64,000 nt of DNA from Myxococcota bacterium. GTDB lineage: Bacteria; Myxococcota_A; UBA796; UBA2385. The stretch is taken from the NCBI GenBank assembly GCA_044344255.1, contig JBIJDH010000009.1, positions 32,001-96,000 of the forward strand. The letters run 5' to 3'. The translations under genes and the position numbers were made by a program. Below the pieces are notes generated by a model. The model was not told the origin of the DNA, did not search any database, and was given only the letters and a program-made list of their open reading frames with translations. Positions 56,205-64,000 of this stretch are shown here, piece by piece (position 1 is the stretch's first letter; every line of letters begins with the position of its first letter).

Positions 56205-57527
56205 ATGGCCCGCGTCCTGATGGGTCGGCTCGATCGCGCACTCGTCGTCGAGAACCCCGACTCCACCCTCGATGAGCACCTGCTCGCGGAGGGCTTCACC
56301 TCCGTACGCCGTCACCCCGGCGGCGCGCCCACCGAGGCGGAGCTCATCGACCTCTTGCGAGAGTCCGGTGCGCATGTCTTGTTCAAGCGCAGCCAGGTGC
56401 CCGTCACCCGCCGGGTGATCGAGGCCAGCCCCGGGCTCTTCGCGGTTCAGCTCTGCTGCATCGGCGACGACTCGGTCGACAAGCAGGCGGCCGCCGACCA
56501 CGGCGTGCTGGTCTTCAACGATCCGGTGAGCAACGGTCGCAGCGTCGTAGAGCTGGCGATCGGCCACCTCATCGCCCTCTCGCGCCGCCTCTACGAGACG
56601 GACACGCTCACCCGCAAGGGCGGCTGGGACAAATCGGCGAAGGAGCGGTACGAAATTCAAGGGAAGGTGCTCGGCATCCTCGGCCTCGGCAACATCGGCC
56701 GCGCCGTCGCCCGGGCCGCCGAGGCGCTGGGGATGAAGATCCGCTTCCACGACAACCGGGAGGTCGCTCAAGAGGTGGGCGTGGAATTCGGCTGGGAGTC
56801 CGCCCCCTCGATCGCGGAGCTCTTCCGCGGCTCGGACTGTGTGACCGTCCACCCCTCCGCCCGCGACACCATGGACCGCTCGAACCGGAGCCTGCTCACG
56901 CGAGACGTCCTCGAGCAGCTCGGGGCAGATCGCCCCGCCGCCTCTCCCCGGATCTTCCTCAACCTCGCCCGTGGCTTCTTGCACAGCGCCGACGATCTGC
57001 TCGCCGCCGTGAAGAGCGGGGCGATCCGGCGCGCCGCCGTCGATGTCTACCCCGAGGAGCCGCGCGGCGACGAACCCTGGTCGAACCCCTACGCCGCAGA
57101 GCCCCGCATCGCGGTGACGCCACACATCGGGGCCTCGACCCTCGAAGCCCAGCCCCGCATCGCTCGCCGCGTGGCGACCACCTCCCGCGCCTTCGCCCAA
57201 TTCGGGAGCGTACGCGACTGTGTCTTCGGCCCTCGGGTCCGGCTCGGGCTCGTGGAAGACGGGGCGGAGGGCAAGGTGCTGCTCGCGGTAGCCCACGGGA
57301 CGGCCCGCGGCACCAAGCGCGCCATCGACGACGCGATCTTCCAGGCGGGGGCGAGCAACCTCGCCTCTGCTCATAAGGACTTCGAGGCCCTCGGCTTCGC
57401 CTACGATCTGGCTTCGCTCGACCAGCCCCTCGATCAGGCCGAAATTGAGCGCCTCGTCGAGTCGGCCCGCAGCATCACCGGCGACACGAACGCCATCCGC
57501 AGCGTCCGTCAGATGCCGCTGGGCTGA
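56205..57527 (+). CDS. serA: D-3-phosphoglycerate dehydrogenase
   Basis: CIG, VFNDPVSNGRSVVEL, GILGLGNIG, NLARG, DVYPEEP, TPHIGASTLEAQ, ACT-like tail. Confidence 0.85.
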   Translation: MARVLMGRLDRALVVENPDSTLDEHLLAEGFTSVRRHPGGAPTEAELIDLLRESGAHVLFKRSQVPVTRRVIEASPGLFAVQLCCIGDDSVDKQAAADHGVLVFNDPVSNGRSVVELAIGHLIALSRRLYETDTLTRKGGWDKSAKERYEIQGKVLGILGLGNIGRAVARAAEALGMKIRFHDNREVAQEVGVEFGWESAPSIAELFRGSDCVTVHPSARDTMDRSNRSLLTRDVLEQLGADRPAASPRIFLNLARGFLHSADDLLAAVKSGAIRRAAVDVYPEEPRGDEPWSNPYAAEPRIAVTPHIGASTLEAQPRIARRVATTSRAFAQFGSVRDCVFGPRVRLGLVEDGAEGKVLLAVAHGTARGTKRAIDDAIFQAGASNLASAHKDFEALGFAYDLASLDQPLDQAEIERLVESARSITGDTNAIRSVRQMPLG

Positions 57528-57588
57528 ACCTCGCGCGGCTCGGCGGGGCAGAGGGGGGTAGGCTCTATGCGCCCGCGTTGGAGCTCCC

Positions 57589-59613
57589 GTGCCCGCCCTC
57601 CCCGCCCCGTCGTGTGATGCCGGTTCGACCCCGAAGACCACCGTGCCCGTGGCCTGTCCGCTGGACTGCCCGGATCGCTGCGCGATGGACGCCGTGGTGT
57701 CCGATGGCCGGCTCCTCCAGCTCAAGGGCAGCCGCCGGAGCCGCTGGACCGGCGGCTACATCTGCAAGAAGGTGCAGGACTGGCCAGCCCGCGTCCACGG
57801 CGCCGACCGCGTCCTGCACCCGGCGCGGCGTGTGGGGCCCAAGGGGCCGGGCGCGCGCTTTGAGCCCATCAGCTGGTCGGAGGCCCTCGACACGCTCGCC
57901 GGTCGGATGGGCGCGCTCGTCGAGCAGGACAGGGGAGGGGCCATCCAGCCGGTCTGGTATGGGGGCTCGAACGGCCTCATCACGGGCGGCGCGATGGACC
58001 AGCGCTTCTGGGCTCGTATCGGCGCCCGGGGGCTGGAGCGCACCCTCTGCGCCGCCAACACCGCCGCCGCGGTCGCCCGTGTCTGGCCTGGATTACCCTC
58101 CGCCAGCCAGGAGGACGTGGAGCTCGCCACGACGGCGGTGGTCTGGGGCTTCAACCCGCACGCCAGCGGGATCCACCTCGTCGAGCGCCTGAACGCCCTG
58201 AAGGCGCGCGGCGGCGCCGTCGTGGTCGTCGATCCCCGCGCGATCCCCTCGGTCCGTGGCGCGCTCCACCTGCCGCTGCTCCCCGGCACCGACTTCGCCC
58301 TGGCGATGTCCCTCTTGCACATTGCGCTGCGGGACGGCTTCGTAGACTGGGGCTGGCTCCGCGCACAGGTAGACGGCGCCGAGGCGGTGGCGCCCAGGGT
58401 CGAGGGCTGGACCCCCGCTCGGGCGGCGGCGATCTGCGGCGTCGAAGCCGGCCTCATCGAGGAGATGGCGCGAATCTACCGGGCCGGCGCCCCCTCCTTC
58501 ATCCGCTGTGGCTGGGGCCCGGAGCGGAACCAGCGCGGGGTGCTCGCCTACGAGGCGATGCTCATGCTCCCCGCTTTCTATGGGCATCTTGGCAGGCCGG
58601 GCGGGGGCTATTCTCTCTCGACCAGCGCGGGGTACGGCATGGACAAGGCGCTTCTGTCGGGGATCCCCAACCCGCGCCCCGCTCCGCCTCGCCCGACGAA
58701 CCTCTCCCGCCTCGCGGATGCGCTAGCGACGGAGGACGATCCGCGCCTGGAGCTCGTCTACGTCTATAACTGCAACCCGGTCGCGACCGTCCCCGACCAG
58801 GTGAGCCTCGTCCGGGAGCTCCGCCAGCCCGACCGTTTCGTCGTCGTACACGAGCAGGTCTGGACCGACACCACCGACGAGGCGGACCTCGTGCTGCCCG
58901 CTACCACCTTCGTGGAGCATGCCGATCTGTCGCGCTCGTATGGGGGCTACACGCTCCACTGGTCCGTGCCAGCGATACCGCCGGTGGGCGAGGCCCGGAG
59001 CAACCACGCCGTCTTTCAGGCCTTGGCCGAGCGCCTCGGCTTCGGCGACGAGCCCGCCTTTCGCGACTCCGAGGCCGACATCGCCGCCCGCGTCATTACG
59101 GCGGCCTTCGGCGCCGAGACCTGGGCCACGCTCCAATCCACCGGGACCGTCGACCTCCCGCGGAAGATCCAGCTCCAGGATGTCTTCCCCAGCCGGCGCC
59201 CCGACTGGTCGGGGCTGCTGGAGGAGGCCACCGCGCCAACCCGCGACCGTGAGCGAGCGTTACACCTGATCTCTCCCGCTTGTACGGCCGCGATCAGCTC
59301 TACGGGCTTCGAGCGGCAGCCGGCCGGCTCCGGTCGCCTCTCCCTGTCGCCCGGCGACGCCGCCCGCCTCGGCGTCCGCTCTGGTGACCCTGTCCGCGTC
59401 ACGAGCTCGCTCGGTGAGGTCGACATCATCGCCACGATCGATCTCGCCCACCGCGACGGCGTGGCCGCCATCCCCAAGGGCCTCTGGCGAAAGCACAGCC
59501 TGAACGGGTGGACGGCCAACGCGCTCGCCCCCGCCGAGGTGGACGCGCGTGGGGGTGGCGCCTGCTACAACGACGCCCGGGTCGACGTCCGTCGCCTGAG
59601 CCGCACCCCCTGA
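57589..59613 (+). CDS. Molybdopterin-dependent oxidoreductase with N-terminal 4Fe-4S motif
   Basis: CPLDCPDRC...[32 protein letters not shown]-terminal barrel [10 protein letters not shown]; no Tat signal. Confidence 0.9.
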   Translation: MPALPAPSCDAGSTPKTTVPVACPLDCPDRCAMDAVVSDGRLLQLKGSRRSRWTGGYICKKVQDWPARVHGADRVLHPARRVGPKGPGARFEPISWSEALDTLAGRMGALVEQDRGGAIQPVWYGGSNGLITGGAMDQRFWARIGARGLERTLCAANTAAAVARVWPGLPSASQEDVELATTAVVWGFNPHASGIHLVERLNALKARGGAVVVVDPRAIPSVRGALHLPLLPGTDFALAMSLLHIALRDGFVDWGWLRAQVDGAEAVAPRVEGWTPARAAAICGVEAGLIEEMARIYRAGAPSFIRCGWGPERNQRGVLAYEAMLMLPAFYGHLGRPGGGYSLSTSAGYGMDKALLSGIPNPRPAPPRPTNLSRLADALATEDDPRLELVYVYNCNPVATVPDQVSLVRELRQPDRFVVVHEQVWTDTTDEADLVLPATTFVEHADLSRSYGGYTLHWSVPAIPPVGEARSNHAVFQALAERLGFGDEPAFRDSEADIAARVITAAFGAETWATLQSTGTVDLPRKIQLQDVFPSRRPDWSGLLEEATAPTRDRERALHLISPACTAAISSTGFERQPAGSGRLSLSPGDAARLGVRSGDPVRVTSSLGEVDIIATIDLAHRDGVAAIPKGLWRKHSLNGWTANALAPAEVDARGGGACYNDARVDVRRLSRTP

Positions 59614-59623
59614 CGAGGTCTCC

Positions 59624-60268
59624 ATGCGCTGGCCCTTCTCCTCTCTCGACAAGACCACGCTCGTCTCCGCCGCGGACGCCCTGCCGGGGCGCGGGCAGCC
59701 GATGCCGGTCCGCGGACATCACCCCGTCCTCGGCCTGCCCCTCGACTCCACTCCGCCGGGGACGGAGATCCTTCTGCTCGCCATGGGCTGCTTCTGGGGG
59801 GCCGAGCGGAAGATGTGGCAGGTGCCGGGCGTGAAGCTGACCGCTGTGGGCTACGCCGGCGGCCACACGCCCAACCCGACCTATGCAGAGGTGTGCTCCG
59901 GTCGAACCGGCCACACCGAGGTGGTCCGGGTGGCCCTCGAGCCGACCGCCCTCGACCGGGTGCTGCGCGCGTTCTGGGAGGGACATGATCCCACACAGGG
60001 GATGCGACAGGGAAATGACGTCGGCACCCAGTACCGCAGCGCGATCTACGCGCCCAACCCGAGCTGGCTGGACCAGGCGACCCGCTCCCGAGACGCTTAT
60101 CAGGAGCGCCTCCGCTCGCAGGGCTTTGCGCCGATCAGCACCGAGCTGGCCGCCGATCGTGTCTTCTACTTCGCCGAGGATGAGCACCAGCAGTACCTGT
60201 ACAAGAACCCAGGTGGCTACTGCGGCCTCGGCGGCACGGGCGTCTCCTGCCCGGAGGGCCTCGGCTGA
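59624..60268 (+). CDS. msrA: Peptide methionine sulfoxide reductase A
   Basis: [41 protein letters not shown]. Confidence 0.97.
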   Translation: MRWPFSSLDKTTLVSAADALPGRGQPMPVRGHHPVLGLPLDSTPPGTEILLLAMGCFWGAERKMWQVPGVKLTAVGYAGGHTPNPTYAEVCSGRTGHTEVVRVALEPTALDRVLRAFWEGHDPTQGMRQGNDVGTQYRSAIYAPNPSWLDQATRSRDAYQERLRSQGFAPISTELAADRVFYFAEDEHQQYLYKNPGGYCGLGGTGVSCPEGLG

Positions 60269-60294
60269 GGCCCTCCGCTCCGGTGCTGCGCCTC

Positions 60295-62364
60295 TCAGCC
60301 CTTGGGCGCCTTCGGGGCGCGGGTAGAGGGGCGCCGCGGCCGACGGCGCTTGGGCGCGGCCTCCGGGTCCGCCTCGGCCCCTTCACCTTCACCTTCACCT
60401 GCTCCTTCACCTCCTCCTTCACGGGCGACCGCCGATGAGGGAGGCGCGGCATCGGCGGACTCGGGGGTCGCGGAGGCGGCGCCCTCGAGCGTCGGGGTCA
60501 CCGCTGCGGCGGGGGTCGGCTCGGGGGCGACGACCGAGGAGGGCGTCGCGAAGGCGGGCTCTCCCCGGTCCGCGGCCCGCTCCTCCGGAGCCTCACTCAG
60601 CCCGATAGCGGGCGCCTCCACCGCAGGCTCGAAGCGCGCGGGCTCTGCCTCCTCGCGCCGGGGCGTCGGACGCCAGGGTCGCGGGGCCTCCGGGCGCCAG
60701 GTCGGCGAAGCCTCCGGCCAAGATGCGTCCTCCTGGGCCTGGCGCTCCCGGGCGTCCGAGGCGCTGCGGCTCTCTTCATCGGTGGCGGAGTCGGTGAGCC
60801 AGGCGGAGGGGTCGACCACCGGGCCGTCCTGCCGTCGCAGCTCATTCTCCCGCTGCACCCAAGCGACGAGCTCCTCGGCCTCCTGTCGGTGCTGCTCGTC
60901 CCCCCAGAGGAGGAGTGAGATCGCCGTCGAGTCGTCCAGCACCTCACCGCGCTCGATGAGGAGGCGGATGTAGAAGCGGCGCAGGCTCTCCAGCAGATCC
61001 TCGGCCTCCTTCTTGATGACGAACTGGGCCGTGTGGGAGCGGATCGGGCGGCCGTCCGCGTGGGTGATCTCTCCGGCCGCCTTGAGCGCGTTGATGATCC
61101 CCCTCACCGTGCGGGCGGGCACGTAGGGGTCCGTCTTGCGGCAGCGACGGGCGATGTCGCCGTATGCGTACATGAGCGTGTTTCGCTTCTTTCGGGCTTG
61201 GCGCTCCTGGACGTGATCTACCAGCTCATGCACAACGGTGTGCCGGCTGAAGTGCGTGGCCGGGTGGAAGCCGGCGGCGTCGAGGACGCCACGGAGGCGA
61301 CCTGCAGGTCCGGCGAGGGGGACCTCGTCGATCTCTGCCTCCTCAACCACTGGCGCGACCTCCGCCGGCATCGACCCGACCTCCGGGAGGACAGGGTCCA
61401 GCCCGGCGAGCTCCACCTGATACCCGCCGGCCTTCTCGGAGCGCCGGAGGATCACGAGCGACTTGTCGCGGGCGGCCTCGAGGAAACGGGCGAAGCCCGA
61501 ATACCCGTACTCCGTCTCGTCGAAGGCCGGCTCTTTCCGCTGCATCGACTGCTTGACGAGCCCGGCGAGCACCGGCCCTGGATCGTCTCGCTGGATCCCC
61601 TGGAGCGTCTCGACGAGCAGCGCGAAGGCCGACTCACGATCCGGAACCGGGATCGGGGGCGCGGCGGGCAGCTCGGCGCGCGGAGCCGGCGGAGCGACTA
61701 CCGTGGCGGAGGGCTGGGGGGTGGGGCTGGGCGCGGCAGTGGAGCCCGAGGCCGCATAGGCGGGGGCCGGATAGGCCGGCGCCGAGGGGGCTGGGTAATT
61801 CGGATAGGCCGAGGGGTAGCTCTCGCGGCGCGACGGCTCGGGGCTGTAGGCCGGCTCGTACTCCTGCTCGGAGTAGCGGTCACGCTCGGGGGTGGGGTGG
61901 CGATCCCGGTAGAGCGACTCATAGAACATAAACTCGTCGCAGCACTCCACCAGCAGGCGGCTGCTGCTACCGCGGGTGCCGATGCCGATGACGCGCTTGT
62001 TGAGCTCCTTGAGCCGCATCACGAGGGGGGTGAAGTCGCTGTCCCCGGAGACGACCACGAAGGTGTCGATGTGGCTGCGGGTGTAGGCGATCTCCATCGC
62101 GTCCACGACCAGCGCGATGTCAGCGCGGTTCTTCTCGGCCCCGCGATAGCTGGTGAGCTCGATCATGTTCACGCCCTGCTCGAGCAGGCTCTGCTTGAAC
62201 TTCGCGAAGCGCCCCCAGTCCCCGTAGCTGCGCGACACCAGGATCCGTCCCTTGTCCTTCAGGCGACGGAGGATCGGGCGCAGGTCGAAGCGCCCGAGGC
62301 CCTCCTTCTCCGTGCCGGCGGCGAGGTTCTCGAAGTCGATGAGGACGCAGAGCGTGTGTTCCAA
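60295..62364 (-). CDS. NYN (LabA/DUF88) ribonuclease-fold protein with OST-HTH/LOTUS domain
   Basis: LIDFENL, KNRADIALVVDA, SGDSDFTPL, CDEF; KQSMQRKEPAFDETEYGYSGFARFLE; probable TTG start 62364. Confidence 0.88.
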   Translation of the reverse strand: MEHTLCVLIDFENLAAGTEKEGLGRFDLRPILRRLKDKGRILVSRSYGDWGRFAKFKQSLLEQGVNMIELTSYRGAEKNRADIALVVDAMEIAYTRSHIDTFVVVSGDSDFTPLVMRLKELNKRVIGIGTRGSSSRLLVECCDEFMFYESLYRDRHPTPERDRYSEQEYEPAYSPEPSRRESYPSAYPNYPAPSAPAYPAPAYAASGSTAAPSPTPQPSATVVAPPAPRAELPAAPPIPVPDRESAFALLVETLQGIQRDDPGPVLAGLVKQSMQRKEPAFDETEYGYSGFARFLEAARDKSLVILRRSEKAGGYQVELAGLDPVLPEVGSMPAEVAPVVEEAEIDEVPLAGPAGRLRGVLDAAGFHPATHFSRHTVVHELVDHVQERQARKKRNTLMYAYGDIARRCRKTDPYVPARTVRGIINALKAAGEITHADGRPIRSHTAQFVIKKEAEDLLESLRRFYIRLLIERGEVLDDSTAISLLLWGDEQHRQEAEELVAWVQRENELRRQDGPVVDPSAWLTDSATDEESRSASDARERQAQEDASWPEASPTWRPEAPRPWRPTPRREEAEPARFEPAVEAPAIGLSEAPEERAADRGEPAFATPSSVVAPEPTPAAAVTPTLEGAASATPESADAAPPSSAVAREGGGEGAGEGEGEGAEADPEAAPKRRRPRRPSTRAPKAPKG

Positions 62365-62580
62365 GGGGGGTTCCGGGGAGGAAAGGGGGCAGGGGAGGGG
62401 GCCAGAGCGCGGGGCAGGGAGATCGAGGCGGGCGGGGCAGGAGCGGGGAGGAGACTGAGCTCGAGACCCCATTTGGGTAGGAAAGCACGCAGACGTAGCG
62501 CATGGGGCAGAGGTCCACAAGGTGGGGGTCCGCAAGGCGGGCCACGCCGAGATAGGCTGTTCGCCCGCTCAGGAGATCGC

Positions 62581-63459
62581 GTGTCGCAGCAGGACAACAT
62601 TTCGCCTCCGTCCTCGAGCCCCAAGGTGGAGACGGACCCGCGCGCGGGCTTCTCGGGCACGCTCAAGTACATCGCCGACGAAGGGCTGATGGCCGACGTC
62701 AACGCCGCCGTCGTCCTCGGTCGCCCGATCCTGGTCCGCGGCGAGCCGGGCACCGGCAAGACCCAGCTCGCCCACGCCGTCGCCGAGGCCCTGGGGATGC
62801 CCCTGCTCACCTGGCACGTCAAGTCGACGACCACCGCCAAAGAGGGGCTGTACCACTACGACGTGGTCCAGCGCCTCAATGACAGCCGCTTCGGCGACAA
62901 GGACGCCGTCTCCAATATTCGCCGATACATTCACCAGGGCGTGCTCGGGCGGGCCTTCCTGTCCACCGAGCGCGTGGTGATGCTGATCGACGAGATCGAC
63001 AAGGCGGACATCGAGTTCCCGAATGATCTGCTGCGCGAGCTCGATGAGATGGCCTTTCACATCCCCGAGATCGACGAGACCGTGCGGGCCATTCAGCGCC
63101 CGGTCACCATCATCACCTCGAACGCCGAGAAGGAGCTGCCGGACGCCTTCCTCCGCCGCTGCCTCTTCCACTACATCTCCTTCCCGGACAAGGAGCGCCT
63201 GAAACGAATCGTGGACGCCCACATGCCCACCCTCGACAAGGAGCTGGTCGACGCGGCGATTGAGCGCTTCTACGGCATCCGGCGCATCGAGGGGCTGCGG
63301 AAGAAGCCGAGCACGAGCGAGCTGCTCGACTGGCTCTTCGTCCTCGCGCGGTCCGGAGCCAACCCGACGGAAATCGCCAAGCGGCTGCCCTATCCGGGGA
63401 TCCTGGTGAAACAGGAGAAGGACGTCGAGCTCCTCCGCCAGAAGAAGCTGATTCACTGA
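62581..63459 (+). CDS. MoxR-family AAA+ ATPase
   Basis: GTG after AGGAG; GEPGTGKT, LIDEIDKADIEFPNDLL, TSNAEKELPDAFLRRC, KKPSTSELLDW. Confidence 0.93.
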   Translation: MSQQDNISPPSSSPKVETDPRAGFSGTLKYIADEGLMADVNAAVVLGRPILVRGEPGTGKTQLAHAVAEALGMPLLTWHVKSTTTAKEGLYHYDVVQRLNDSRFGDKDAVSNIRRYIHQGVLGRAFLSTERVVMLIDEIDKADIEFPNDLLRELDEMAFHIPEIDETVRAIQRPVTIITSNAEKELPDAFLRRCLFHYISFPDKERLKRIVDAHMPTLDKELVDAAIERFYGIRRIEGLRKKPSTSELLDWLFVLARSGANPTEIAKRLPYPGILVKQEKDVELLRQKKLIH

Positions 63460-64000
63460 TGTTCCAGCTCCTCCTGTTCAATCTTCGGGCCCAGGGAAAC
63501 AAGGTGGGCCTCGGAGAGTGGCTCGCCTTCCTGGACGGCGTGGAGCGGGGGTTGGCCACCGATCTCGACAGCCTCTATCACTTCGGCCGCGCGGTGCTGG
63601 TGCACAGCGAGTCCGGCTATGACCCCTACGACGTGGCGTTTCAGGCCACCTTCGCGGGGGTCGAGCTGCCACCGCAAGTCAATCAGCAGCTCCAGGATTG
63701 GCTGCGAGACGCGCGAGAGGCGATGGGGGAGAGGGTCGCCACCGAGCTGAGCCCCGAGCAGCTGCGCGCCCTCTTCCTCGAGCGGCTGAAGGAACAGAAG
63801 GAGCGCCACGATGGTGGGAGCCGCTGGATCGGCACCGGCGGGACGTCGCCCTTCGGCAATTCTGGGGCCGCCGAGGGCGGCGTGCAGGCCGGTGGGGGCG
63901 GCGGTCGCTCCGCGGTGCTGGTGGCCGGCGACCGCCGCTGGGCCAACTACCGCACCGACAAGACGCTCGATCACCGTGACTTCCAGGTCGCGCTGCGGGC
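63459..64000 (+). CDS. VWA/CoxE-like partner of MoxR (3'-truncated; absent from ORF track)
   Basis: ATG overlaps MoxR TGA; MFQLLLFNLR...EWLAF...LKEQKERHDGGSRWIGTGGTSPFG; frame open to window end. Confidence 0.85.
   Translation, partial: MFQLLLFNLRAQGNKVGLGEWLAFLDGVERGLATDLDSLYHFGRAVLVHSESGYDPYDVAFQATFAGVELPPQVNQQLQDWLRDAREAMGERVATELSPEQLRALFLERLKEQKERHDGGSRWIGTGGTSPFGNSGAAEGGVQAGGGGGRSAVLVAGDRRWANYRTDKTLDHRDFQVALR

Overview
Very GC-rich bacterial chromosomal window, most consistent with Myxococcota or a related deltaproteobacterium (MYXO-CTERM protein, several Hanks-type Ser/Thr kinases, FG-GAP lipoproteins, Haliangium-type microcompartment genes). About 49 plausible CDSs; most other ORF-track entries are antisense or alternate-frame shadows. 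Housekeeping genes: coaD, glmS, glpD, ileS, ilvE, serA, msrA, a MalK-type ATPase and a MoxR/VWA pair. Highlights: (1) an 8-gene bacterial microcompartment operon (2 BMC-T, 1 BMC-H, 3 BMC-P, aldehyde dehydrogenase and class II aldolase, each enzyme with an encapsulation peptide) that joins loci that are separate in Haliangium ochraceum; (2) an orphan tandem pair of gp5/gpV-type contractile-injection spike genes with their own promoter, in-register beta-helices and different tips, followed by an XRE-HTH/SspB fusion; (3) a KptA/Tpt1 NAD-lobe-NUDIX fusion; (4) an IleRS2 with KESKS in place of KMSKS and a ~90-aa barrel-like insertion; (5) a TraB-like OmpA protein paired with a MYXO-CTERM protein; (6) three sigma54 promoters, one facing a giant kinase-enhancer-binding protein with a degenerate GAFTGA loop. 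No rRNA, tRNA, CRISPR array, transposase, integrase or reverse transcriptase was seen. All family calls are from motif recognition by eye, not database searches.
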